The notes beneath the pieces are model-generated. The model saw only the letters and a program-made list of their open reading frames with translations. It had not been told where the DNA came from and searched no databases. From an uncultured bacterium (GTDB taxonomy: Bacteria; Babelota; Babeliae; Babelales; Vermiphilaceae), in NCBI GenBank assembly GCA_963713925.1, contig OY970212.1, positions 352,001 to 416,000 on the forward strand: a stretch of DNA of 64,000 bases. Direction: 5' to 3'. A program made the translations under genes and the position numbers. This document shows, piece after piece, positions 9,177-20,400 of this stretch; the first letter of the stretch is position 1; the number at the start of each line of letters is the position of its first letter.

Positions 9177-10409
9177 TTAAAAAAAATCATTTATCCATGA
9201 TTTCATTCGTGAAAATATTCTTTTTACTAATGGGCCGGATAAAGCATTCATTGTTTCATGTGTTTGTTTCTTAATCATATGAACGAGCAAGCCGTAACCG
9301 GTTGCGTATTGAGGGTTTTGCAGCAGAGCATGTTCTGCCGTTTCTATCCGAGGAATTCCAACACGCACGGGACAGCGGAATATTTGCGTAGCGAGCGTGG
9401 TGATTCCCGGAAGCAAGGCCCCGCCGCCGGTTAATACGAGCCCCGAATGTAGGCAATGCTGCAGATTATGTTTTATGATGTCATTATGTATGAGATGCAA
9501 CAGTTCCGTTGCTCGCGATTGCAATATTTCTATGATATCCGAGCGGTATGCTTGTTGGGTGCCGCGTCCGTGAGCAAGAGAGATTTCGATAAGCTCATCC
9601 CGTTCAAGCAATGAAAGCATTGCCATCCCATATTCTCGCTTAATTCGTTCTGCGTCGACTATAGTGGTGCGCAAGCAGGTGGCCAGATCATAAGTAAAAT
9701 GGTTTCCAGCAATCGGCAGCACCATAGTATGCACGATAGAGCCATTTTTGTAGAGCGCCAAGTCTGAGGTACCGCCACCGATATCAAGCATCGCAACTCC
9801 AAGATCTCGCTCGTCTTCAGATAACACAGCATCGGCTGAAGCGAGTTGTTCAAGGATGATATCTGTCACTTGCACTCCTGAAGCGGTCACGCAACTGAGG
9901 ACATTTTGAACGGAAGTAACTCCGCCAACAATAATATGCGCTTGCACTTCCAACCGTACGCCATGCATACCGATAGGATCTTGCACGCTTTGTTCGTCAT
10001 CAATAATGTAGTATTGCGGAATCACGTGTAAAATTTGTTCGCCTTGTGCCAATGAAATAGCTTTTGCTGCTGCTAGAGCTTGGGCAATGTCATATTCACT
10101 GATTTCTCGGTGTTTGACCGGAACAACGCCATGAGAATTTAACGAGTGGATATGGCTACCCGACACGCCGACACTTGCCGATTCAATAGTGAGTCCTGCC
10201 ATGAGTTCAGCTTCTTTAACGGCACTTTTTATAGATTGAATTGTTTTGGCCACATCAACGACAACCCCCTTTTTTAAACCTTCCGAAGGGGATCTTCCAA
10301 TGCCGATAATTTCTATATGATTATCTATCAATTGGCACACAAGAACGGAAATTTTAGTGGTTCCGACATCTATTGAGACATACAAAGGCCCGGTGATTAT
10401 ATTAGCCAT
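9177..10409 (-). CDS. ftsA: Cell division protein FtsA
   Basis: IDVGTTK, LDIGGGTSD, LTGGGA, PQYATGYGL; start at 10409 with AGGAGA RBS. Confidence 0.95.
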   Translation of the reverse strand: MANIITGPLYVSIDVGTTKISVLVCQLIDNHIEIIGIGRSPSEGLKKGVVVDVAKTIQSIKSAVKEAELMAGLTIESASVGVSGSHIHSLNSHGVVPVKHREISEYDIAQALAAAKAISLAQGEQILHVIPQYYIIDDEQSVQDPIGMHGVRLEVQAHIIVGGVTSVQNVLSCVTASGVQVTDIILEQLASADAVLSEDERDLGVAMLDIGGGTSDLALYKNGSIVHTMVLPIAGNHFTYDLATCLRTTIVDAERIKREYGMAMLSLLERDELIEISLAHGRGTQQAYRSDIIEILQSRATELLHLIHNDIIKHNLQHCLHSGLVLTGGGALLPGITTLATQIFRCPVRVGIPRIETAEHALLQNPQYATGYGLLVHMIKKQTHETMNALSGPLVKRIFSRMKSWINDFF

Positions 10410-11271
10410 AGATGTCTCCTTTAGACCCATGCTCGCTTGGGGCACAAATACTTTCACCCAAACTTTGCTTTGCTTCCGCCGTCGCCTGTTGGCTATGGCG
10501 TGACAGGCCGCATGGGATACGGCTATCGGGGCCCCCATGTGCAACAGGGGTTAAATTTTTTAATTCATAGAGAATGACCTGGTTATCAAACCTCACATCA
10601 GCGATCCATTGGTTTTTTTTAGTGCGTGATGATCGGACCTGTTGATTTTTTTCAAGGAAGATGTTGTTAATGGCGTGTAAAAGGTCTTGAGTGAGAAGAA
10701 TGTCTGCGCAGGTAAGAATTGAGTTGTTATTGTTTATTTGATCATGAAGGAAAAATGCATGATCTCCTTTATATTCAACGGTATATCGTTCTCTTATCTG
10801 TTCGTACGCATGATTGATAAAAGAAAGAAGCGGTTGTGTATCGGCAATAGAATCGGGTGAAAGGGCGGTGTAAATGCAGGGCAGGGCTGTTCTTCTTGTC
10901 ACACAATAATGTTCAGCCGGAACAAGAAGCCCCTGGCTCGTTATGCAGTGAGTATTGCCAAGGCAGGCAACCGGTTTTTGTGCACTATAGGTTATGTGAT
11001 AAATCCCGGGAGCCATCATTCTTATTGCGCATGTATGTAAAAAGGGAAATTCATTTTTAATAGCCGATATACTATCGTCACTGTTGAGTAAGGGTGCAGC
11101 TCTTTTTATAAAAGCATTGATGGTAGAGCGTGTTTCATACGCGAGGGTGTAATCGTGCTCTATGCGGAGTTGCTCGGCCCCGATTGGTTTTCTTAAAAAA
11201 TGAAACGCATACAGGCCGGTAGCAATGCAGCATGCAACACTGAAACAGAATATACTTTTTTGTATTCCCAT
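10402..11271 (-). CDS. ftsQ: Divergent FtsQ/DivIB-like protein with repeat-derived C-terminal extension
   Basis: N-terminal TM, position upstream of ftsA, ADVRFDNQVI motif. Confidence 0.55.
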   Translation of the reverse strand: MGIQKSIFCFSVACCIATGLYAFHFLRKPIGAEQLRIEHDYTLAYETRSTINAFIKRAAPLLNSDDSISAIKNEFPFLHTCAIRMMAPGIYHITYSAQKPVACLGNTHCITSQGLLVPAEHYCVTRRTALPCIYTALSPDSIADTQPLLSFINHAYEQIRERYTVEYKGDHAFFLHDQINNNNSILTCADILLTQDLLHAINNIFLEKNQQVRSSRTKKNQWIADVRFDNQVILYELKNLTPVAHGGPDSRIPCGLSRHSQQATAEAKQSLGESICAPSEHGSKGDIYG

Positions 11272-11514
11272 GAGTTCCCCAACCCTCTTTCTGTTCTTTT
11301 TTCTACTTTTTTTATGATCAAAAAGTCAATATAATTGAAAAAGACATAGAAATATTTTTACTTTTACCCCCAATGTGAAACATTTTAGTTTCCTCGTTTT
11401 GTTTTCGGAGTCCCCGTGCGGATTCGGGGTCCCCATACTTGGGTATGGGGTGAAAATTCGGGGCCCCCGTGCCTTGGCATGGGGTATGGGCTTGGGGTAT
11501 ATTTTGGAGTTAAT

Positions 11515-12258
11515 ATGGCGCAGCAACCTCGTGTTGACGGAGAAATTGTGTATGGGATCAATCCCATCGTTGAACTTTTGCAGGCGAAGCGACGCAAGCT
11601 TATTAGTCTGTATACGACAAAGCCAACTCCGAAATCATGGTCAAAAATTGAACAGTTAATTTCGGGGCGCTCAGTGCAAGTCAAATTTGTCTCAAAAGAT
11701 CAGCTCGCTTCCTTGGCAGGCACAACAGATCATCAAGGGGTTGTCGGTATTGCCCAAAAGATGACATTCCGTTCAAAACCTTTTACTCCTGAGACTGCGC
11801 CACTATTGGTGCTTCTTGATGGGATTCAAGATCCTCGCAATATCGGAGCTATTTTACGCTCGGTCTATTGCTCCGGGTTTTCGGGCGTCATTATTCCTCA
11901 AAAAAACAGTGCTCCGCTCAATGCAGTCGCGCTCAAATCTTCAGCCGGGCTGGCCGAGCATCTGCAGATTTATACACCGGCAAGTTCAGCTGTTGCTGTG
12001 CAAGAGTTAAAAAAAGCGGGATATCAGATCTATTTGGCTGCTTTTAACGGCGAAAATGCGGCAACACTCGAATATAAAAAACCATTATGCTTAGTCATCG
12101 GCAGCGAAGGGTCGGGCATCGACCAATCACTATTAAAAGCAGGCACGCAGGTGACGCTTCCCCAAGTGAATGCGCAAGTCTCTTACAATGCCTCCGTTGC
12201 GGCCGGTATTTTGCTCTTCTTGATTGCAATGCAACAGAGGTCTATTGCTATCCCCTGA
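11515..12258 (+). CDS. rlmB: 23S rRNA 2'-O-methyltransferase RlmB (TrmH/SpoU family)
   Basis: YGINP, HQGVV, LDGIQDPRNIGAILRS, IGSEG, SYNASVA; start moved to ATG 11515. Confidence 0.9.
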   Translation: MAQQPRVDGEIVYGINPIVELLQAKRRKLISLYTTKPTPKSWSKIEQLISGRSVQVKFVSKDQLASLAGTTDHQGVVGIAQKMTFRSKPFTPETAPLLVLLDGIQDPRNIGAILRSVYCSGFSGVIIPQKNSAPLNAVALKSSAGLAEHLQIYTPASSAVAVQELKKAGYQIYLAAFNGENAATLEYKKPLCLVIGSEGSGIDQSLLKAGTQVTLPQVNAQVSYNASVAAGILLFLIAMQQRSIAIP

Positions 12259-12307
12259 CCTATGAATCCGAATTTTCGTCGAAAGAGATGGCAAGACGAC
12301 GCTCTGC

Positions 12308-13735
12308 TTAAAAGCGAGCATCAACATTTACCCAAACGGAAACAATGCTTGCAGAGTTTTTATTTGCAGCGCCTTCGTATGATACATTAACACCAAAATC
12401 GAAACAGTCGCCATGATAGCCGATAGAACCAAATACCCCATTGGTACATGATGCCGCCTGTGCACCACTACACACGTTTATATTTTTTGCAGTTTCGAGT
12501 GTGTATGTCGGGTCACGTGGCATTTGGAATTCATTTGGATAGACACCTTCAGAAATGGTTGCTGCGCTTGAGCTCGTAACTGTGACAGGCATAGCGTTAG
12601 CAAGTTGCGCAATGCCGACAAGATCAGCAATACCGACAGCAGGGAGGCTGATGCAAGGGTCAACTTTTTCTGCTTGACGATACCAGAAATTATAGCCAAC
12701 TTCGAAAATGGCGTTGCGATGTTCAACGTGTACTGCCAAAAGGAGATCAACCGCATTGCGAGGAGTAACATCCGTTTTAAACGTAAGAACATTAATAGCG
12801 GGGAATGGAGTTGCGACTGCCGTTGGTGTTGTGAATAACAGGTAGCGTGACCATTGACCATTTGGTGTTAAATCAAATGATCGTAATTCTCGCGCCCTAC
12901 AACCATAACGCCATTTGAACTCGCCATAGAATGAAAAATAGTCACATCCGCAGAAGCCAAACGATTTCTCAGCATTACATCCAAGTCCAACTTGTGTATG
13001 CCTTGACCCGACAAGTGGCTCGAATAAATAGCGCGCTTGTGAGCCGCGTCCGGTCGGCACTCCGACTAATGCATAGATATCAGCAAAAAATGATTCCCCA
13101 CATGACCAGAAATTCTTGAGCAATTTTATTTGCAGATCATCAACACCACCTTTTGAGACCGTGCCACAAATTCTACCATAGTTCAAATCTGCATTTGCGA
13201 AAGCTTGTGTTACGGTAGCAAATCCGGGTGCTTGTCCAATATCGCCGGAAATAATGCCTTGCTCGCAAATATGTATATTATTTTTACGTTGTATTGCAGC
13301 AGTGTTTATGGTTATCGCAAAATCTGCAGGCAACATCCATGCCAAATAGAGCAGAGCGCCATAGGTCTTTTGTATCGGGTGAAAGGAGAGTGTTGAAGAA
13401 TAAAAGGTCCCCGGAGCAGAAATGACTTGGAACCATAATGGATCAATGTTACCTGAACCATTTTCTTGTACATTCATTGAGCATGCGTGATTGATGTTAA
13501 AATATTTTTTGATTGAGCTCCCGACCGTTTGAGTGTAAATAGGCTTGACTGAAAATAAAAACTGCTCATCCATGTGCGCATATTCATTAAAGACAAGTGC
13601 ATTTTCATAGATAGGGTTATAAGCCATTTGCCGTGGTACAAAGATAGTATGTGCATAGCAATCTGCCCGTAGGAGTTGAGCGTGGTTCACGAGTGCAATG
13701 AGCGCAAGTGTATATTTTGAAATAAAGATTTTCAT
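12308..13735 (-). CDS. Secreted probable outer-membrane beta-barrel protein
   Basis: Signal peptide, amphipathic strands, C-terminal Phe. Confidence 0.6.
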   Translation of the reverse strand: MKIFISKYTLALIALVNHAQLLRADCYAHTIFVPRQMAYNPIYENALVFNEYAHMDEQFLFSVKPIYTQTVGSSIKKYFNINHACSMNVQENGSGNIDPLWFQVISAPGTFYSSTLSFHPIQKTYGALLYLAWMLPADFAITINTAAIQRKNNIHICEQGIISGDIGQAPGFATVTQAFANADLNYGRICGTVSKGGVDDLQIKLLKNFWSCGESFFADIYALVGVPTGRGSQARYLFEPLVGSRHTQVGLGCNAEKSFGFCGCDYFSFYGEFKWRYGCRARELRSFDLTPNGQWSRYLLFTTPTAVATPFPAINVLTFKTDVTPRNAVDLLLAVHVEHRNAIFEVGYNFWYRQAEKVDPCISLPAVGIADLVGIAQLANAMPVTVTSSSAATISEGVYPNEFQMPRDPTYTLETAKNINVCSGAQAASCTNGVFGSIGYHGDCFDFGVNVSYEGAANKNSASIVSVWVNVDARF

Positions 13736-13747
13736 GATAATTTTCCT

Positions 13748-14977
13748 TTACAAGAGCGGTCCGTATTTTTGTTGGAGTAGTGTCACGAAAGGAGTTGCGG
13801 GTGGTGGGGTAGGTGCAGGAGTTGCATAAAATGTTGCATAAGCATTAGCATCGTTAGAATCGAGCCACGTCGCTATAAAGCCTTGAGTATTCGCACTCAA
13901 TCCAACCGGGCCTCCGATAGTTGTTGATGTGAGAGATAAAATAGAACATACTGGTGCCCAATTGAATCCATTGTTATTGGAAAGAGTCCACACTGGCGAT
14001 CCGGGGCTACCCTGACTAGCGCCAACAACCCAAGTTGACATAAATCCGGCATGATTTGCTGCAACCCATGGACCGGCATCAGGGTTAGCTGGTGATGATG
14101 TAAGTAATGAAAATACCCCCCAATTGGAAGGAATAGTAGCTGTGGCGAAAATCGTTACGCCCGAGCCTTCATTGGCTCGCGCAGCAGTCATAAAATATCC
14201 ATTTTGTTCTGCGACAATAGGAACGCTTTCAAAAAAACCTACCGCGACTATGGGATACGCGGTTGTGGAGGAAAAGGGATTGATTGATCCAAAATAGGCT
14301 GAAACGGTTGCTAGCGTTTGTGTGATCCAGCTTAACATGCAGCTATTTCCAGCCAGGGCTACGCACACGAATCCCCTTGTTGTTTGTGAGTTCCAATTTT
14401 GATTATAGACAGAGCCATCATTGGTCACTTGGGCAGGCGTGCTCCACGCACTGGTTCCCGTTGAAAAAGCCACGTAAGCGTTGTCATCAGCCCCGATCAT
14501 GGCGGCAACAAAACCTGCGGAACTTCCACCGACAAAAACATCGGAGTTGGAATTGAGTGCCAATGTGTTGGGATTTATTTGGAGTTTACCGCTCCACGTT
14601 GTGCCACTATCAGCAGAAAAACTTGACCAGCCATTATTTGAACTATCTATCCATGTTACTATAAAACCGACGCTGTTACCCGCCACAAAAACGTCTGACG
14701 AGGAAGCAACTTCTCCTTGCGCGGGCCCAACTAAACCACCATGCCACGTAATTCCATCAGGCGAAAAACTATAATTTGCATTGTTGGAAGAATCTGCCCA
14801 CACGGCCATAAATCCCGCTGGGGTGGCAGCAGAAAATATATTACTTGTTATGTTGCCGGAGTTACTTATGTTAACAGGAACAGCCCAGGGCGTAGTTGGA
14901 GCGCATGCCGCATCTAAAAGTGATGAAAAAAAACAGAAAGCAACCAACAAATTCGATAGGTATTCACTATGTACCAT
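13748..14977 (-). CDS. Secreted Ser/Thr/Gly-rich repeat protein (BNR/Asp-box-like beta-propeller)
   Basis: Repeated GF..TW.DS.NN..SFS.DG.TW units; signal peptide. Confidence 0.65.
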   Translation of the reverse strand: MVHSEYLSNLLVAFCFFSSLLDAACAPTTPWAVPVNISNSGNITSNIFSAATPAGFMAVWADSSNNANYSFSPDGITWHGGLVGPAQGEVASSSDVFVAGNSVGFIVTWIDSSNNGWSSFSADSGTTWSGKLQINPNTLALNSNSDVFVGGSSAGFVAAMIGADDNAYVAFSTGTSAWSTPAQVTNDGSVYNQNWNSQTTRGFVCVALAGNSCMLSWITQTLATVSAYFGSINPFSSTTAYPIVAVGFFESVPIVAEQNGYFMTAARANEGSGVTIFATATIPSNWGVFSLLTSSPANPDAGPWVAANHAGFMSTWVVGASQGSPGSPVWTLSNNNGFNWAPVCSILSLTSTTIGGPVGLSANTQGFIATWLDSNDANAYATFYATPAPTPPPATPFVTLLQQKYGPLL

Positions 14978-15140
14978 TATACAACCTTCTTTGCCAATGT
15001 AGTTACGTAAATAAAAGCATTACAGGGTTGATATACCAAACAGAGAGTAATGTGTGCAAGAAAACTAACTCTTTTTTGTAGACCGGGCTTTTCTTTGAAA
15101 CTTCTTGTCCAACTTTTCAATTGTCTTATCGCTCAAGAAG

Positions 15141-15545
15141 ATTTTGCGCCTTGTCTATTGTTCCGGGTTTTCGGGCGCCATTATCCCTCAAAAAAACAGC
15201 GCTCGGCTCAACGCAGTCGCACTCAAATCTTCAGCCGGACTGGCCGAGCATCTGCAGATATATACACCGGCGAGTTCAGCCGTTGCTGTGCAAGAGTTAA
15301 AAAAAGCGGGATATCAGATCTATTTGGCAGCTTTTAATGGCGAAAATGCGGCAACCATCGAATACCGAAAACCATTATGCTTAGTCATCGGCAGCGAAGG
15401 GTCGGGCATCGATCAATCATTATTAAAAGCAGGGACACAGGTGACGCTTCCGCAAGTGAATACGCAGGTCTCTTATAACGCTTCCGTTGCGGCCGGTATT
15501 TTGCTTTTCTTGATTGCAATGCAACAGAAGTCTATCGGTAGTTGA
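15141..15545 (+). pseudogene. rlmB: Duplicated 3' half of rlmB
   Basis: Aligns to 11851-12250 at offset 3290; lacks N-terminal domain and DPRN motif. Confidence 0.85.
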
Positions 15546-16285
15546 TTGATTTTTATGTTAGACGAGAATAGATATAAGTCACGTATTTTTCTAAGAAAAC
15601 GTATAGCAGATAACAAGTTTGCTTTAAAAATACCTCCTTTATAAAATTGAAAACGTAGATCGTCTAAAATAGATATCATCTCATTAAGATATGGAGACCA
15701 ATTTTCTGGTAATGTATTAATCGTATTAATGTTTGCCGTAATTAGTATCGCCAGAGTCCGAAGAGCCTCAAAAGATTCACCCATGTAGAAATTGGGACCA
15801 TTTTTGCGGACAAAATCCAAAATCTTTTCGGGAAGAGATTGCCACAGCTTAGATGCTAATTCAGTAAAATATTTTGAGGTCGGAAAATCTGACCTCAGAT
15901 GGTCATCTGTTGTGCTCTCAGCAAAAATTTGTTCAAGGCTGATATTATTATTTTTGAGCCATTCTTGAGCCCCCGGGGTTCCCAGCGCATATGCGATGGC
16001 TGATTTTGAGGTATTCCATTGTTTACTGGTGTTTTCAAGTAATGCATTTATTGTTGTAGGATCATCAAGAAGTTGTCGCCAATATGTATTGACCAAACGT
16101 TTATCTTTTAACTTTGGGATGAACTCATCAAAGGTATTGCCTTCTTTACTGAGCAGAATGATCTGCAGTTGAAGGTCTGGGGGCAGGGTTTCTTGAAGAT
16201 AATTTTGGTTAATGTCTGCGGATTGAACACACGATATTAAAAAAAATGCGTTGATTACAATTATTTTCTTCATAATTTCATCCAA
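15473..16285 (-). CDS. Secreted hypothetical protein with F-box-like motif
   Basis: Signal peptide, then LPPDLQLQII...RLVNTYWRQL. Confidence 0.55.
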   Translation of the reverse strand: MDEIMKKIIVINAFFLISCVQSADINQNYLQETLPPDLQLQIILLSKEGNTFDEFIPKLKDKRLVNTYWRQLLDDPTTINALLENTSKQWNTSKSAIAYALGTPGAQEWLKNNNISLEQIFAESTTDDHLRSDFPTSKYFTELASKLWQSLPEKILDFVRKNGPNFYMGESFEALRTLAILITANINTINTLPENWSPYLNEMISILDDLRFQFYKGGIFKANLLSAIRFLRKIRDLYLFSSNIKINQLPIDFCCIAIKKSKIPAATEAL

Positions 16286-16519
16286 AAAAAAATTATAATT
16301 CTAATATTAATTATATTAAAAGAAGTTTGTCTACGTAAATGGTTTTTAAAAACGGTTCATTCTTGACGAATTCATAATGATCGAAATAGTATCGGAAGCA
16401 GAAGAAAAATTCGAACTAACCCAGGGCCCCAAATCAAGCGTAAGCAAGTTTGGGGTATAATCCGGGGGTCCCCCGTGCGTAACGTAAGTGTAGCAATGGG
16501 GGTTTTTATAGGAGTTTTT

Positions 16520-17209
16520 ATGAAATATAAGTCGAGCCACTCATTGCGTTATTTGTTTTTAGTTTTCTGCTATCTAGACGCATTCGTACTCCAAGCGGGT
16601 AGTCTCATTTCAATAAAAGAAGTTGCTGCTCAAGAAAGTCCTCTTGAACAACAAGCGGACAATGCTATAGTATCAAAAAAGCAGCAATCTCAAACCGCTT
16701 TCGCACCTTCACGTGAGAGCAATCAAAAAGGATATTCTATGGAACCAAATATCGGCATAACAAAAGCAGATCAAAAAAAGATTGGCGCCTCGCTCAATAC
16801 TCTCCTTTCGGATAACTTCGCATTGTATGTGAAGCTTCTCAATTATCATTGGAACATGAAAACAAAACATTTTCATGATCTACATGCATTCTTCAAAGAA
16901 TTGTACGAAAGCCAATTTGATATCATCGATGATATTGCAGAACGCGCTCAAACGATGGGCTCCGTGGCATATGGTTCGATGGCTGAATTTCTTAAGCATA
17001 CGCAATTGAAGGAAGCTTCTGGAAAACAACTCACCGATCAACAGATGCTCAAAGATCTTCTTGCAGATTATGAAACGGTTATCAGATCGACACGTGATAC
17101 AGCAAATAAAATGCTTGATAACAACGACATTGGCACTAACAACTTTTTAATCGACATTTTAGAACGCCAAGAAAAAAAAGCGTGGATGATTCGTTCAAGC
17201 ATTGAGTAA
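16520..17209 (+). CDS. dps: Dps family ferritin-like protein (core from 16739)
   Basis: YHWNM..F..LH..F..Y..DDIAER ferroxidase motif, EKKAWM; two plausible starts. Confidence 0.9.
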   Translation: MKYKSSHSLRYLFLVFCYLDAFVLQAGSLISIKEVAAQESPLEQQADNAIVSKKQQSQTAFAPSRESNQKGYSMEPNIGITKADQKKIGASLNTLLSDNFALYVKLLNYHWNMKTKHFHDLHAFFKELYESQFDIIDDIAERAQTMGSVAYGSMAEFLKHTQLKEASGKQLTDQQMLKDLLADYETVIRSTRDTANKMLDNNDIGTNNFLIDILERQEKKAWMIRSSIE

Positions 17210-17305
17210 AGCGCCCGAATTGAAAAGATGCTTCGTCGTAATACTTCGAAGTAACTGTAAATTGGGTAAAAAAATATACGCAAATATCTGAATACATTTC
17301 ACTGT

Positions 17306-17339
17306 ATAGGACGCATAAAAGTATGCGTCCTATTTTTTT
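17306..17339 (+). terminator. Intrinsic terminator after dps
   Basis: ATAGGACGCATA/TATGCGTCCTAT stem plus T run. Confidence 0.75.
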
Positions 17340-17443
17340 CTTGAATCTCGTTTTTTCTCTGTGTTAAAACAGAGAAGCCCCTATTTAGTTGGGTCCCAAA
17401 ATCAGGATGAAATAAGATTTCGGGTATAATGAGGAGAAAAAGA

Positions 17444-20400
17444 ATGAAGCATTTAATACTTCGATATGTGTTATCTTCACTATTAGTCGTATGTGGATTT
17501 ACGCATGCTCAAGACGAGCAAGAAAATTTTGAAAAAATGAAATCATCTTCTGAATCGCAATCTTCGGAGCCTTTAACCGAAGAAATAGATCAACAGGCCC
17601 CGGAATCTCTCATTGATTGTCTCAATACTTTGCACGCATGTTTGCTTGCGTGTGTTGAACTTGATTATCAACCCGAATCGCTTGAGCAAATTGTGCAATG
17701 GCTGAATGATGAAAATCATGATGAAATTACGCTTGCTGAGCTCGTTGAATTACTTGTTGAAGAACTTGAGGCGACCACACTCGATGATGATCCAATTGCG
17801 GAACTTGCAAAAAAGTACATTCCTCAATTGGAACAAAATGTCGATATGTTGCGTAGTCGCTCTCTTTCTTGCGGAGACCAGAATGCGCATGAAATCGATT
17901 TAGGTGTGAGTCGTCGCGCACGCATGGGTGCAGCATTGCGCTCAAGCACATTTGTCAGACCGACATCATTGACGACAAATGGCAATCTCTATATGGTCCA
18001 TTCAAACACAGCTTCTAACGTTGGCTTTATATATAAAAATAACGTTGTCTTTATGAATGACCTGGGCACCAACAGTGTTGGGCTTGGAGCTGCCGCGGGT
18101 GAGGATATAACGACAGCTTCAGATTGCACCGCAATTGGCGCAAATGCGCTATCGCTCAACACAACAGGCAGCGACAACACCGCCGTTGGATACAATACAC
18201 TTGCGCTCTGCGTAGCCGGGGGCACAAACGTTGCCGTTGGATCGCAAGCTCTTTCAAAAACAACGGCAAGCAGTACAACTGCTGTTGGATATCAGGCAGG
18301 AACAAATCTTACCACAGGAACACAAAACACTATGCTCGGATATCAAGCGCTCATGTCGGCTACCGGTGCTACCGACAACACTGCGCTCGGATACCAAACA
18401 ATGGTCAATTCGACCGGCGGAGGAAGCAATGTCGCCGTTGGATCATTCTCATTACAAAATTACACTAGCAATTTTACGGTAGCCGTTGGACACCAAGCAG
18501 GACAAGCACTCATTTCAGGAAATGAAAACACCGTGATCGGTTATCAGGCAATGGTCAATAGTGCAGCGGGCGCGGGAAATGTTGTTGTCGGCTATCAAGC
18601 AATGAAGAATGGTGGATCGAGCAACAATGTCGCCGTCGGAGCACAGTCATTGGAAAGTTGTACCGCAGGAAATACAACTGCTGTCGGATTTTTGGCGGGA
18701 CAGCAACTTACGTCAGGATCTCAAAACACCATGCTTGGTTATGACGCATTATCCTCAAGTTTAACAGACTCCTCAAATGTCGCTGTCGGGTATGAAGCGA
18801 TGACGAATGCAATCGGCGGCTCAAACAATGTCGCTGTCGGTGTAAGCGCGTTAAGTAACATCACTGTGGGCAATACTACGGCCGTCGGATATCAAGCGGG
18901 AACTGCACTTACATCAGGAAACCAAAATACGGCAGTCGGATATCAAGCTCTTTCTTCTGCAACGACATCTTCACAAAATACTGCAGTCGGATCACAAGCG
19001 ATGGGTAACTCGACAGGAGGAAGCCAATGTGTCGCGGTTGGTCAGAATGCTTTAATTAACAATGCCTCAGGGGGAGACTTCAACGTTGCCGTCGGAGCAA
19101 ACACGCTTTCAAGTAATACTTCAGGCAATGTCAACATTGCTATTGGGGTAAATGCTTTGGACAGTAACATAGCCGGAAGCGCAAACCTTATGATAGGTGA
19201 TAATGCTGGAGCATCCTTAATTGGCGGTGGTAATAATATCGGCATTGGTCGCTTTTCTCTCAATAGTAGTGCAACTGGTTCTACTAACGTTGCAATAGGC
19301 GAAGACGCTTTGCGGGCATATATGGGAAGCTCGAGTGTCGCAATTGGCTATCAAGCAGGACAAACACTTATAACGGGATCTCAAAACACTATACTTGGCT
19401 TTCAGGCAATGCTCTCAAGCGTGACTGGTGCGTTTAATACCGCTATCGGCTATCAAGCGATGGAATCCGCAACAATAGGTCAAAACAATGTTGCTGTTGG
19501 AGATGTAGCAATGATCGCAGCCTCCGGAAATAATAATATAGCTGTGGGAGCTAGCACGCTCGTGAGTGCTACCGGAAGTGATAATATAGGTGTGGGCTTT
19601 CAAGCACTGGAGAATGTTTCTGGAAATCAAAATATCGCTATCGGTTCATCGGCCGCCGCGGGCCTTTCCACCGGAACAAAAAACACGTGTGTAGGCTACC
19701 AAGCCCTCGGATCGGCAGTTGTAAGTAACTTCTCTCAAAATACAGCCGTTGGATGGGAATCCATGTCGAATCTCACCAACGGGTCACGAAACTGCGGCTT
19801 CGGGGATCAATCGTTGCAAAATACAACCGGGACACAAAATTGCGCTTTTGGTTCTCTTTCGGGGGAAAATCTATCTTCAGGAAGCAGTAATATTTTTATC
19901 GGAGCAGGCGCAGGACAAAATATTACTACCACTTCAAATAATATTGACATAGGAAATAATGGGACTTTAGGCGATTCCGGCATCATTAGAATTGGAACAT
20001 CAGGAACCGGAGCGGGACAACAAAATCAATGCTTTATTGCGGGAATCAGCGGATCAACTTCTTCGGGCGGTGTGGCCGTGCTCGTCAATGCAAGCGGACA
20101 ACTTGGAACAACCACTTCCTCGTTACGATATAAAGAAAACATTGCCGATATTACCAATGCGACTGAAAAAATGGCTGCTTTGCATCCCGTGCAATTTAAT
20201 TATAAAGTCGATCCGATAAAACATCTTGAATTCGGACTTATTGCCGAAGAAGTTGCACCGGTCATTCCAAATATTGTTGTCTATAATGATCAAGGGCAGA
20301 TCGAAACCGTGCAATATCACCAGCTTCCAGCACTCATCATCAAAGCATGGCAGGAGCTACAAGCGGTCGTCCAATCGCAACAAGCAGCAATCGCGACACT

